Shown: positions 1 through 10,155, numbered from the stretch's first letter. The stretch is 63,751 nt of DNA from Phycisphaerae bacterium (GCA_049965755.1 JBMFVY010000004.1:1-63751), one strand, 5' to 3'. The notes: generated from the letters alone by a model not told the origin. Numbers and translations are program-made.

Positions 1-282
1 GGATCGGCTGCCGGCACTGCTGCGGCCAACAACTCCTCCATCAACGCAAAATCGCTACCAAAACCAAGCGACGGGAAAACGCCTGCGCCGAAACAGGGAG
101 AAATCGCCCGCCAGGCCCCGGCGGCCATCGAACCCCGGCGAAAACCGACCCGGGACACAGCCACATATCGACATCTGTTCATATCATGCCGTTCGGAAAA
201 CCTTACAACGCAAGCGGCTCCCTCCCAGATGCGATCTTTGCCCTGCCAAAACAACAGTAGAGCTTTGAACGAACAGCGTTAG
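1..282 (+). CDS. partial 3' end of an unidentified gene entering from the left window edge
   Basis: Frame +1 is open from base 1 to TAG at 280-282 (93 codons). The tail is Ala/Pro/Lys-rich and low-complexity, with no motif I recognise. Coding status itself is uncertain. Confidence 0.25.
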   Translation, partial: GSAAGTAAANNSSINAKSLPKPSDGKTPAPKQGEIARQAPAAIEPRRKPTRDTATYRHLFISCRSENLTTQAAPSQMRSLPCQNNSRALNEQR

Positions 283-358
283 CGTAGCGTAATGAATCGC
301 GGTAAACTCGTGCTATATAATTCGGGCCAAGCTGATGAGACTTGGCGATGGAGACTCT

Positions 359-1417
359 ATGGCTTTGATGCGGTCAACCTTAAAACAGGCGAGCTTTGGC
401 GTCAGCCTGATCCTCACCGGACTGATGGGATTTGGTTGCAATGTCGGCAATGCGGCGACGAGCCTGAAGGATTTTCATGCCGGGCAAACAAGTCCGCTTA
501 GAAACGAATACACCCCGAAAATTCGAGAAGCCATCGCTCGTGGTTTGAAATGGCTTGCAGCGCGGCAGAATTCCAATGGTTCCTTTGACTCCGGCAGTAC
601 GGCGATTACTTCGCTAGGAGCGCTGGCCTTTGTCGCGGGGGGCAACATCCCGGGCCAAGGTCCCTATGGGGACAATGTATCACGTGCCTTGCATTATATT
701 TTGGCACATTGTCATCATTCAGGCCTCATCGCGGCTCAGAACGACGGCTCACCGATGTACAGTCAGGGATTTGCGACCCTGTTTTTGGCGGAAATTTATG
801 GGGAATCGCAGGCACCCGGGCTTCGAAATAAGCTTCAAAAGGCTGTGCGTTTAATCGTAGATACCCAGAACGCTCAGGGGGGATGGCGGTATCAACCGGT
901 GGTTATGCCGGGCGATATCTCGGTGACAATCTGTCAGGTTATGGCGTTGCGAGCGGCACGTCAGGCCGGCATTGGTGTTCCGCAGCGGACTATGCGCAGG
1001 GCAATCAGTTTTGTTCGCCATCTCCAGAATCCGGACGGCGGCTTCAGTTATATGTTGGGGATGAGTGGTTCGGATTTCGCACGAAGTGCAGCCGGAGTTG
1101 CTATACTGTTTTATTCAGGTGTTTACAATGGACCGGTAATAGGGTCGGCCGTACATTATGTCAGCGGCTGTCTACCCGGAACGCCTCAAAACATGCAGGG
1201 TAACTATTTTTACGGCAATTACTATGGCACCCAGGCGATGTTTCTCGCCGGTGGAAAATGGTGGGCGCGATGGTGGCCGGCAATGAGCAAAAACCTGCTC
1301 TCACGTCAACAGGCTGATGGAGCATGGATGGGAGGCGCCGGCAGCAGTTACGGCACGGCCATGGCTCTGATTATCCTTCAGATACCCAAGCGCTTGCTGC
1401 CTATTTTACAGAAGTGA
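359..1417 (+). CDS. secreted prenyltransferase/squalene-oxidase-repeat (terpenoid-cyclase-like toroid) protein
   Basis: Track ORF 335..1417. Four spaced Q-x-x-x-G-[GS]-[WF]-type repeats (QNSNGSF, QNAQGGWRY, QNPDGGFSY, QQADGAW) and a hydrophobic signal-like N-terminus. Start placed at ATG 359 behind GGAGA (350-354); 335 or 368 are also possible. Confidence 0.7.
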   Translation: MALMRSTLKQASFGVSLILTGLMGFGCNVGNAATSLKDFHAGQTSPLRNEYTPKIREAIARGLKWLAARQNSNGSFDSGSTAITSLGALAFVAGGNIPGQGPYGDNVSRALHYILAHCHHSGLIAAQNDGSPMYSQGFATLFLAEIYGESQAPGLRNKLQKAVRLIVDTQNAQGGWRYQPVVMPGDISVTICQVMALRAARQAGIGVPQRTMRRAISFVRHLQNPDGGFSYMLGMSGSDFARSAAGVAILFYSGVYNGPVIGSAVHYVSGCLPGTPQNMQGNYFYGNYYGTQAMFLAGGKWWARWWPAMSKNLLSRQQADGAWMGGAGSSYGTAMALIILQIPKRLLPILQK

Positions 1418-1420
1418 GAT

Positions 1421-2692
1421 ATGCCTTTGTCACCGGCCAAACATCTGACTGGAAGAAAGAAGCGGTCCGCCCTTTCAGGCGGTCTATCCGTTATTGTCTG
1501 CAGTGCAGCGGCCGTGTTGTCACTGTCCGGTATTCTGCCCCCATCCACTGATGCGGCGGCCGTTCATATGAAGTCGGCGGAGTGGCGGATTTTATTCTCG
1601 ACGCTTGATTCTCAAAATCGATTTATTCATGACAGCGGAATAAGTCTTATCGCCATTAAACCGGGTAACAACTCTTTAATCATCTATCAGAATCCAACTG
1701 GGACAATAAAGAACATCGAATTTCGTCGGGTGATTTCTCTGATCCGAGTAGGCTTTATTCACGCGCACAATGTCCGTCGGAGAGTCTATCTCAAAGATGG
1801 CAGTTACCTTTCTGGAAGATCGATAGCCTCCAATGGGAATAATTTTTATATCGCGACTCGTTTCGGCACCATTAAGGTTCCGCTTACTGACGCAACAGGC
1901 TTGGGAACCGCCGGCCAAGACATAAACCGACGAGAGGCTGCAGCGCACGACCGTCTTTTTTTAAATGGAGGCGGCCTGCTGAAAGGCACATTTCTTGCCT
2001 GCAATATCGACGGAATCAAGATGCACAGCGCACTGGGAATTCAGGTCATCCCATGGTCACGGGTTAAAGAACTTGTTCTCGGTGGTCTACCACCCCGCAT
2101 AACCAAACACCGGACGGCGACGATTCAATTAATCAACGGATCGGTAATCCATGCATCGACGTTACAACTGACACATCGGCGATTCACGATCCTTTCACAG
2201 TCTGGATTAACTCTGCATATTCCGGAGTCTATGGTGGGTAAAATTAATACTCGTGGCGGCGATGTTACCTGGCTTGCCCAGATTCCACCCCAGGTCTATC
2301 GACAAACACCGTTATTCGGCAAACCTTGGCCGGTCGAGTTGAATCGAAATTCCACCGGAGGAAAATTACGGGTGGATGATATTACCTATCACCATGGTAT
2401 CGGCCTTCAGGCCCCATGCACGATCACGTATCGGCTTGATCATCGCTATGACTATCTGGTCTTTGCGGCGCAGATGGATGATTCCGCTGAGAAAATTGGT
2501 CGCGGAGAGGTGAAAGTAATGGTAAATGGGCGAATCATTTATTCATCCGGTACATTGGTGGCGGGAAAGCCACCGGTCTTTGTAAAAGTACCGATTCAAG
2601 ACGCTGAGAGCATAACGATATCGACCCGTTCAGCGGAGTTTCTTGCCACACGATGCCGAATTGATCTTCTGGACGCGGCGATTATTCGTTGA
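1421..2692 (+). CDS. NPCBM/NEW2-like carbohydrate-binding-module protein with N-terminal signal/anchor
   Basis: The C-terminal ~150 aa (GGKLRVDDITYHHGIGLQAPCTITYRLDHRYDYLVFAAQMDDS...GEVKVMVNGRIIYSSG) resembles the NPCBM module as I remember it. The ORF begins 4 nt after the upstream stop. Confidence 0.5.
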   Translation: MPLSPAKHLTGRKKRSALSGGLSVIVCSAAAVLSLSGILPPSTDAAAVHMKSAEWRILFSTLDSQNRFIHDSGISLIAIKPGNNSLIIYQNPTGTIKNIEFRRVISLIRVGFIHAHNVRRRVYLKDGSYLSGRSIASNGNNFYIATRFGTIKVPLTDATGLGTAGQDINRREAAAHDRLFLNGGGLLKGTFLACNIDGIKMHSALGIQVIPWSRVKELVLGGLPPRITKHRTATIQLINGSVIHASTLQLTHRRFTILSQSGLTLHIPESMVGKINTRGGDVTWLAQIPPQVYRQTPLFGKPWPVELNRNSTGGKLRVDDITYHHGIGLQAPCTITYRLDHRYDYLVFAAQMDDSAEKIGRGEVKVMVNGRIIYSSGTLVAGKPPVFVKVPIQDAESITISTRSAEFLATRCRIDLLDAAIIR

Positions 2693-2758
2693 CATGGGGG
2701 CGTTGGAAACCTGAGGAGTGCGCTGATTTCCAGTGAAAAGACAAATGACGGAACCCCG

Positions 2759-3541
2759 GTGTGGGAAGTAACGTGCACATGCGGAAGTCGCATGGAAATT
2801 TCCGAACGTCAACTCGGCAAGGCGGCTGTGTGTAAGACGTGCCACCGTGTGGTTATGCCTTTACCCGCCCGGCCGATCGGCGGAACCGGCAATATTTCCG
2901 GTGGCGAAATTCAATCTTTCAAGAACTGTCCGTTTTGCGCAGAGCGTATTCTTGCATCCGCAAAGAAATGTCGGTTCTGCAACGAGCATCTGGATACAAT
3001 CGAGCGCGACGGTGGGATCGCCCCGGCTACGGCAAACCGGCCTCAGGAACAAGACGCACACCAGCCAACCGGCGACGCGAAGATTGAATTCACTTATCGG
3101 GTCAGTACCTCTCAATGGGACAATTTCTTCAAGTACTTGATTTGTCTTATCATTGCGATGCTCGCCGCATCTGTCTACATTTTACCGACGCTTCGACCGT
3201 ATGCGGGTCTAATTTTTGGTGCGGTATTGATTGTTGATCTGGTCGTCGTATGTCTGATCTACTTGGGAACGCGCTCCTCTCGCTGTTTCGTCGGGCCCCA
3301 GCGTGTAGAACTGCATTCCGGTGTTTTCACGCGACAGATCGACTGGATATCGCTGGCTTCTATCCAAGATATGCAGTTACGGCAGGGTGTGATTCAGCGA
3401 GCGCTGCAAATCGGCACCATCACCATCAAGAGTCTCGATGACACAACACCGATGCTGGAACTTTACCAGATTCCCAAGGCACGGAAGATATTCAGTTATA
3501 TTCAGGAGCAGGTAGCCCGCCTGAAGCGCATCCCGCGATAA
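2759..3541 (+). CDS. zinc-ribbon plus bacterial PH-domain (bPH_2/YdbT-like) membrane protein
   Basis: GTG start. Two Cys-pair ribbons (CTCGS...CKTCH and CPFCAE...CRFC) and two predicted TM helices. The C-terminal segment ITIKSLDDTTPMLELYQIPKARKIF is like membrane-flanked PH domains. Confidence 0.5.
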   Translation: MWEVTCTCGSRMEISERQLGKAAVCKTCHRVVMPLPARPIGGTGNISGGEIQSFKNCPFCAERILASAKKCRFCNEHLDTIERDGGIAPATANRPQEQDAHQPTGDAKIEFTYRVSTSQWDNFFKYLICLIIAMLAASVYILPTLRPYAGLIFGAVLIVDLVVVCLIYLGTRSSRCFVGPQRVELHSGVFTRQIDWISLASIQDMQLRQGVIQRALQIGTITIKSLDDTTPMLELYQIPKARKIFSYIQEQVARLKRIPR

Positions 3542-3613
3542 GATGTAACATATTATGTTGTATGAACTTTTCCCGAAGACGGGTTCGGGGGTTATGAGTA
3601 TGGGAACTTTAGT

Positions 3614-4183
3614 TTGTCATCCATCGGTTCATTGTCATATATCCGAAAGTTGATCCGTGAGGCAATGAATGACGCTCATCCACTGCTGGGAGCGCTGGCA
3701 AGTATCGAGTATCCGGACCGAGCGCGGGTTCGTATGGTTGTTATTCGCAGGTTTGATCCCGCAAATATGACACTTGCACTGAGTACCGATGTCCGCAGTG
3801 CGAAAATTTCTCAATTTCGGCGATACTCCGTATCGGAAATGTGCATATGGTTGAGTGAACCGCGTGTCTCTCTGCGCCTGCTGACACGTTGGTCGATCCA
3901 GCAGACACCTGCTGATTCGTCTTCAGACCAATCAGGGCTGGACGCACTGTGGCATGCACATTCCTCCGCATCGAAGGCGATATTTTTCACTCCCCCACCG
4001 GGGATGCCCTACCATGCCGTCCGCAAAACGCGCCAACAGAATTCCATTCCTGATACATTCGCGATTTTGAGTGGAGAAATACTGGAAATTGACGCCCTGC
4101 AGATAAGCCATGCCGGTCATACACGGTGGCATCACGTGCGATCCTCCGCCGGGAAATGGATTAAACGCCGGGTGAACCCATGA
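3614..4183 (+). CDS. PPOX-class FMN-binding flavoprotein (pyridoxamine-5'-phosphate-oxidase-like, Alr4036-type)
   Basis: RVRMVVIRRFD...LALSTDVRSAKISQF...PPPGMP...ending RRVNP fits my memory of PNPOx-like split-barrel proteins. TTG start at 3614; an ATG alternative lies at 3665. Confidence 0.45.
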   Translation: MSSIGSLSYIRKLIREAMNDAHPLLGALASIEYPDRARVRMVVIRRFDPANMTLALSTDVRSAKISQFRRYSVSEMCIWLSEPRVSLRLLTRWSIQQTPADSSSDQSGLDALWHAHSSASKAIFFTPPPGMPYHAVRKTRQQNSIPDTFAILSGEILEIDALQISHAGHTRWHHVRSSAGKWIKRRVNP

Positions 4184-4219
4184 ATCAATTCATCAAGGTG
4201 AAATGGGTGTAACTGAGTG

Positions 4220-5692
4220 TCAGAACTCTCTGCGACGCCGCGCGGGTGGGATGTTGCAGAGTTTACGATACTTGGCGACCGTACGCCTCGCCAGTGTCAA
4301 GCCGCGCTTGGCGAGTTCTTCAACGATTTCATCGTCATTGAGAGGATTTTTCTTATCCTCTTGTGCGATCACATCAACAAGTTTGGCTTTAACAGCATCC
4401 CAACTTACAGCTTCGCCGGCGGCATTCTCCATTCCACCCGTGAAAAACTGTCTTAACGGAAAGACGCCGCGCGGCGTTTGAACGTATTTATCTGCAACCG
4501 CCCGGCTGACGGTGGCAACGTGAATCCCCAGTTGATCTGCAACGGAGGTCATAGGCAATGGCTTGAGATGTTCCGGCCCCATTTCAATAAATTCGCGCTG
4601 CATGTCGACGACGACGCGAAGTACGCGCAGCAGAGTGTGGCGGCGTTGTTCAATGGCTTCAATCAACCAGCGGGCATTACGAATATTATTATTTATAAAG
4701 TGACGAGTATTATCGTCGACTGTTTTTACCCGCGCCATGCGCGTATACACCTCATTGACGCACAGCCGCGGAAGCCGCTCGTCGGTCAGGCGGATACGAT
4801 ATTCTCCCGTTTGCTCATCAATATCGATAACCGCGTCGGGCGTCACAGACGGCACCCTGGCGTCAACCAGGAGGCGACCGGGGCGTGGATTCAGATGCCT
4901 GGCCATGAATTGTCGCGCTTCATTGATCTGTTCCAGCGTCAGGCCGCTTTTTCGGCTGATCTGAGGCAGACGGTTCATTTCCAAGTCTTCAAGATAGTCC
5001 CGTACGATGGTCTGCGGAACGCTTAAATCGAGCTTCTGCTCATCTGCGATGGCCTGCAATTGCAGCAGCAGACTTTCCCGGATATTCCGCGCGCAGATGC
5101 CCGGCGGTTCAAGTCGCTTCTGCAGTATCGGCCACGCAGCCTGAACGTCGTCGCGCCGGATCCCCTCCGGTAAATGGCGGCAGATGGTATCAAGGCTGTC
5201 CCGGATGTAACCATCATCATCAACCCAATCAATAAGAATTTTTCCCGCTTCGAGGATTCTCTCAGGAACGTCGACCAATACCCACTGCTGGAGAAGTGCC
5301 TCGGAAAGCGACATACTCCGCGCGGCAGTATTGGCGATCGCTTCCGCCTTGGGATCTCGATCGTCCGAGGATCGGTTCACTCGGGCGGTCGCATTCGGAC
5401 TCGAATTGTCCCAAGAGTCATTCGAATTTTCCCGTGCAGAAGGTTTATCGTTTAAAGCGGCGGGTTGAGTTGCTTCGGTCGGCATGCCCGCTACAGGTGG
5501 CGAATCTGACACAACCTCCATCGAGTCGGCTCGCTCTAAAACCGGGTTTGAGACAAGTTCCTGATCGATACGCTCTTCAAGAGCCATCGTCGATAACTGA
5601 AGTATTTCCATTGACTGAATCATGCGGGGAGCCAGCTTCATTCGCTGTTCCATACGCATGTGTTGCGAGGTGTCGAGCCGCATCAAAATCAA
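4220..5692 (-). CDS. rpoN: RNA polymerase sigma-54 factor
   Basis: Region I MEQRMKLAPRMIQSMEILQLSTMALEERIDQEL, an acidic/Ser-rich linker, a core-binding region and the C-terminal RpoN box ARRTVAKYR. TGA stop. Confidence 0.95.
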   Translation of the reverse strand: MILMRLDTSQHMRMEQRMKLAPRMIQSMEILQLSTMALEERIDQELVSNPVLERADSMEVVSDSPPVAGMPTEATQPAALNDKPSARENSNDSWDNSSPNATARVNRSSDDRDPKAEAIANTAARSMSLSEALLQQWVLVDVPERILEAGKILIDWVDDDGYIRDSLDTICRHLPEGIRRDDVQAAWPILQKRLEPPGICARNIRESLLLQLQAIADEQKLDLSVPQTIVRDYLEDLEMNRLPQISRKSGLTLEQINEARQFMARHLNPRPGRLLVDARVPSVTPDAVIDIDEQTGEYRIRLTDERLPRLCVNEVYTRMARVKTVDDNTRHFINNNIRNARWLIEAIEQRRHTLLRVLRVVVDMQREFIEMGPEHLKPLPMTSVADQLGIHVATVSRAVADKYVQTPRGVFPLRQFFTGGMENAAGEAVSWDAVKAKLVDVIAQEDKKNPLNDDEIVEELAKRGLTLARRTVAKYRKLCNIPPARRRREF

Positions 5693-5819
5693 TTCCCAAA
5701 ACCACGGCGTCCGCCTGAATGTCCACTCAGATTATACCGCTTTTTTTATACCGGGCAGAGACTGGCCCCGTTCGAAGTGCAGTGGTTCACTTTCAATGCA
5801 CGTGTATTATTGGATGGAA

Positions 5820-8800
5820 TCACTGCTGTATGGCTTGAAGCGTGCTTGAATTGACAATGCCCGCATGCGGATATCCTGCCGGGAAGATGCTGAAGAACAC
5901 CGCCGTATTCTTGGTATCGGCGTTATAACCAAGGGTGACCGCCGTATAGAACCGTGGAAGTTTTCGGACCAGTGTGATACTCGACATAACATTGTGGGCG
6001 AGAGAAAAATCGTAGCTTTGCACCAGCGAAACAATGTACTTGCGGGTTAACTGGTAGTTGACGGCGACTGTCCATTGATCAGTAGAGAGCGGCCCCAAAT
6101 ACTGATTTCCGAAGAAATAGCTCAGATTAGGAGACTGATCAACGGCCAAGCCTGTATCGAATTTTTCTAATTTCTGATTGTCGATGCTCCAATCTTCATC
6201 AGCCAACGCTCTTACATCGGCGCCGATACGCCATGAAAAGTTGCTGTTTAGGCTGTCGGCAACCTGACTGAGATCAGGGCGGGAAAAGTCAAAATACCCG
6301 AGTACGGGACTGCCGAAATCACTGGTCGAAAATGGAGCACCTGCGTATATCGGATCGCCGGGATAGAACGGGCCGTATTTAGGCTGATTCCAGAAAACGT
6401 CCGCATCAACGTTCAACGTTATCCAATTAATTTCCTGACGGTGGCCTGGCCGACCACGCAAAGTTTGAAATACCTGACGCAGAGCAAACTGAGCGCCGCT
6501 GGCATCGGTGATCCCCTCAACATCGCGGCTGAAGGGCTGGAGATATCCCCGCTGGACGGTCGAACCGGTCTGAACCAGTGAGATTTCCGGTTCAATAATA
6601 TGACGAAGCTCATGGACATCGAAGAAGTTTGATCGAATGTGGTGATAGGTCTTCCATATTTCGACGGATGACCTGAAGCCAACCTGTCCCCAGAGCCGCG
6701 TGGTGTTGCCGTTAATTTGGTTACCACTGGCCGGAAAACTGGTATCCCAGTAGGTGACTCTGCCCACGACATAAGGGTCAAATTGCACCGGGCCCAATGC
6801 CAGTGGCAGATCCAACTCCTCGCGGGTGTCGAGCCGCGCCACATTCTGATTTGTCCAACCGTTGTTGAGATAGTAGTCGGCAAACGTCTCATTTGGATTG
6901 ATGCCCGGGAAATTCAATTGCAGTGCACGGTCAGCCGCCGTGGTAGAGCTGAATTTGTCATTCAGCAGCGCACCGCTGGATTCAGTGTAAAACGTAAAGA
7001 CGCCGAGGACCTTATCTCCGTTGCGCCAATATTTAACCTCCGGGTATTTTTGGACGGAATATTCATTATTTTCTAGATCGGCATTGGCTACAAAGCGATT
7101 AAGCTGAAACTTGCCCAGAAGAGTGAATGCTTCATTCCCATGTTGTTGCTTGAGATAAACCGATGTCTGCTGCTCCGGGGCGGTTGCATATACGTTCTGG
7201 AAGTATTGTTCCAGAAAGTTAGGATCGGAAATGTATGATCCCTGCACGGCGATGGACCACTGGTGATTCAACGGCTGCTGATAACGCCCGGAGATGAAGC
7301 CGCGCACGTGAGAAGGTAGCGGAATATTGTCACGATTGGCGCCGAGTTGATCGGTTCCGTCGTCATACATGATGAAGCTGTTGAGTATGCCGCGTGCATC
7401 GCCTTTCGAGTAATAGGAGTTAATGCCGGTGCCGGGGCCCCGGCTGGAATACTCATTGATCGCCAAATCGGTATTCAATCCGGGCGGCGATGGCTGATTG
7501 AGCAGACCGAAAAGATCCCAATCGGTGCGTACCGTGGCTCCATAAATACTGGAATATCCGGCCGAAACACGCCGCAGCGGAGTGGGATTCTGCCGCGTGG
7601 TTCCGGAGATGTACGGCCAGTAGAAAAACGGCACTCCCATGAAATTAGCAACAACATTTTTCGCGTGAAACGCGTACACATGCGTTTGACGGTGCACAGG
7701 AGCCGCAAGGGATTGAATTGCCATGCTGCTGGCACCGATGTAATAATGCGGAACGTAAAATTCATCAGTGGAGAGCTTTACGGACTTAGCTTCAAAATCT
7801 CCCTGCGCGAGTTGCAGCAGTTTTTTCGCACGCATGTAGAGCGGTGAATGATTCTGAACCTCATAAGTGCTCATGACGGCATCAAGCATGATCGCCCGAT
7901 TGGTCGTAAAGTCGTAATACACACGGCGAGCGTGGATCGATTCATCGCCATAGGTAATCGTGACATCTCCGTCCAGATAGATGCCCTGCACATTCTGACT
8001 GATGCTTGACGGATGCCCCACCAGCTTTTTGGATGGAGACTCACCGGCAGGGCTGAACACGACGGCGTTATCAGCTCGGAGTTCAAGCGGCGGCTGCCCG
8101 TTCCTCTGCTGGAGCACCATATAAAATTGACCGCGGGCTACGGTAACCCTTTGCTGTCCAATCTGTTCAACCGTCAAATTTTGGCCGGTTGCAAAAACCA
8201 TCGGAGGCTGAACCCGCCTGGACGCCTTGGCGACATTTTGTCGTGCGGTTGAGAGCACGGGCTCCGGAATCAGTAAGTTATGCGCACCGCGGGCGAACCA
8301 GCCCAACTGCAGAGCCGTTTCAAGACTTTGAATGTGAATTCGCGGGGTAAATGCCGCCGCCAGCGGTGCCGCCTCTGCGCGGGCAATAACCGCTTTTCCG
8401 CGTTGGTACACGACGGCAGCTGTATCGACAACCGATTGCGGAGCGCCCTGTGTCAATTCGACGGTATTTTGCGTATGGGTGGTTATCAGCAGTTCCGGTG
8501 CATGGAGTACCGTCTCGTCATGCAGACCGTCGCGAACGGTTACTTTGCCAAGGAGAAACAATCGGGCGTGAAACGTCGGCATCCCGGTGGCGGATGAGGG
8601 GCGTAGCCAAATCGCCGCGTACTGAGCCGCGAGTACGCGATAGCCGACATGAATAACCACCCCACCAGCAGCAACCAAATGGATGACTCCGTTGCGGGAC
8701 GTCCACGTTGAAACACGTGGTGCGCCGAGAGTAATGGGCAAATCTATCGCTACCGATGGACGCAGTACGGGATAGACCGTCGGTCGCACCAACCCCGGGG

Positions 8801-8954
8801 AGACGGCCGACGACACCATCACAGAGGCGCATGCAAGCAGCAGGCAGGTGCAGCGCCGCCGCGCGAATTTAGCGTCCGGTGCCGCATGACCACTGTGGCC
8901 GAACCACTTTCCCGAAGATTTCAGTTTGTACGACTTCACAACTAGCCCATTCAA
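5820..8954 (-). CDS. LptD/OstA-like outer-membrane LPS-assembly protein
   Basis: 1044 aa with an N-terminal hydrophobic anchor. OstA-like segments include LELRADNAVVF...GIYLDGDVTITYGDESIHARRVYYDFTTNRAIMLDA. A long aromatic-rich C-terminal region has alternating beta-strand character, typical of large barrels. Family assignment is from memory only. Confidence 0.5.
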   Translation of the reverse strand: MNGLVVKSYKLKSSGKWFGHSGHAAPDAKFARRRCTCLLLACASVMVSSAVSPGLVRPTVYPVLRPSVAIDLPITLGAPRVSTWTSRNGVIHLVAAGGVVIHVGYRVLAAQYAAIWLRPSSATGMPTFHARLFLLGKVTVRDGLHDETVLHAPELLITTHTQNTVELTQGAPQSVVDTAAVVYQRGKAVIARAEAAPLAAAFTPRIHIQSLETALQLGWFARGAHNLLIPEPVLSTARQNVAKASRRVQPPMVFATGQNLTVEQIGQQRVTVARGQFYMVLQQRNGQPPLELRADNAVVFSPAGESPSKKLVGHPSSISQNVQGIYLDGDVTITYGDESIHARRVYYDFTTNRAIMLDAVMSTYEVQNHSPLYMRAKKLLQLAQGDFEAKSVKLSTDEFYVPHYYIGASSMAIQSLAAPVHRQTHVYAFHAKNVVANFMGVPFFYWPYISGTTRQNPTPLRRVSAGYSSIYGATVRTDWDLFGLLNQPSPPGLNTDLAINEYSSRGPGTGINSYYSKGDARGILNSFIMYDDGTDQLGANRDNIPLPSHVRGFISGRYQQPLNHQWSIAVQGSYISDPNFLEQYFQNVYATAPEQQTSVYLKQQHGNEAFTLLGKFQLNRFVANADLENNEYSVQKYPEVKYWRNGDKVLGVFTFYTESSGALLNDKFSSTTAADRALQLNFPGINPNETFADYYLNNGWTNQNVARLDTREELDLPLALGPVQFDPYVVGRVTYWDTSFPASGNQINGNTTRLWGQVGFRSSVEIWKTYHHIRSNFFDVHELRHIIEPEISLVQTGSTVQRGYLQPFSRDVEGITDASGAQFALRQVFQTLRGRPGHRQEINWITLNVDADVFWNQPKYGPFYPGDPIYAGAPFSTSDFGSPVLGYFDFSRPDLSQVADSLNSNFSWRIGADVRALADEDWSIDNQKLEKFDTGLAVDQSPNLSYFFGNQYLGPLSTDQWTVAVNYQLTRKYIVSLVQSYDFSLAHNVMSSITLVRKLPRFYTAVTLGYNADTKNTAVFFSIFPAGYPHAGIVNSSTLQAIQQ

Positions 8955-8975
8955 GCCAACCTACAAGCGGAGAGT

Positions 8976-9936
8976 TTAGCTTGATTTCAACACTTTAGCG
9001 AGTGTCAACATTCTTCCGATTTCCGGGTCGGTCACCAATGGAACTCGGATGTGAGGATATGCCCCGGGATCGTCATCGCGAGTATCCGTGCGCTTGACAA
9101 AATACCGTGCTGGAGGCGCTTCACCGCTATTTCGATTGATAAGCAATTGCAATCTTATGGGGCGGGTGTGATGAATTTGAAGCAATTCACGGTAAGGTCT
9201 ACCTCAATGGCGTCTTCCCGTGAGCTCGTTAATGGCTACGAAATCCTCACCGGCACCGCCATGGTGCTGAGCGTTTCTGGGCCGCCGAGTTCTGCATCCA
9301 TGCAGACCTGCAGGGCTAACTGTTGATGGGCTGGTGAATTGACCACATGAAAGTTGATCCTGCTGTACGGAACGCCATCTGGTGAATTAAATTTACCGAA
9401 CAGAAGCCGTGCCGTGAAGATTCGTGTTATCGCTATTAGCTACCGCTTCTCAACCCGGGGTAACGTATCCTCGGAATTCCCATCTTTTACGGAATACATC
9501 GGTGAGCAAACACCGGTCGGCAGGACACGGTATGCCGTTCACGGTGTTGCCGCCGGCTATCACTGAAAAAACGTCACCCTCCATCACGGTAGCCCGAAAT
9601 GCTCGCGTATAGTTCTCCCAGAAGCTACGCGGTTTAACCACGTCGGAGAGGCCAAACACAGTTCTTCACCAAGTGCTTCTTCGCAGCGCCCCCAGCTCGG
9701 GTAACGATTTGGCCCCGGACCCAATCCGCAGCCGTGTAACGCCTCCGACCAATATTGGTAACTACTGATTCCCAGTCGCTTAATCGCCGGTCTGGCATTC
9801 CCAATCTGACTGAGCCGTTGCGGAAATAAATTCCCGCCGATTGGCCTTCGCTGAACCATCGCAGTATTTCGCCGTAGGCAACTCCGAAAAAAACAGACAG
9901 ATAACTACCCACGACATCTCGGCCTGACCAACTCAT
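8976..9936 (-). pseudogene. eroded relic of a glycoside hydrolase family 3 (beta-glucosidase/xylosidase) gene
   Basis: Two different minus frames carry GH3 signature stretches. One is PAIKRLGISSYQYWSEALHG (track ORF 9584..9859). The other is FWENYTRAFRATVMEGDVFSVIAGGNTVNGIPCPADRCLLTDVFRKRWEFRGYV (track ORF 9450..9659). They lie only ~40 codons apart instead of >100, so frameshifts and internal deletions are implied. The outer limits are approximate. Confidence 0.55.
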
Positions 9937-10057
9937 AACGAGCGTGAAAGCAGATTGGGTTACCGCCCCTCCGACAAAAATAAATGCACTGCCAAAATAG
10001 CCGTTGGGGCCAATGGCCTATTTTGAGTTTTCCTTCGGGCGTATTCTGGACTCAGGT

Positions 10058-10093
10058 GAAAAAACAAGCCCCGACGGATTAAACCGTCGAGGC
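10058..10093 (-). terminator. rho-independent terminator downstream of htrA
   Basis: On the minus strand: GCCTCGACGG-TTTAAT-CCGTCGGGGC (10-bp stem with one G-U pair), followed by TTGTTTTTTC. It lies 63-98 nt after the htrA stop. Confidence 0.75.
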
Positions 10094-10155
10094 TCGCTTG
10101 AGGGAGGCCCATGAGGAGAATAGGCCTTGACAGCCGAAGCTGCACTGTCGCGATA

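Noticed and set aside
3547-3559. 13-bp palindrome AACATAtTATGTT just after the 2759..3541 stop
   Set aside because: A 6-bp arm is expected by chance many times in 64 kb, and there is no supporting context.
4478-5026. 182-aa plus-strand ORF
   Set aside because: Antisense to rpoN.
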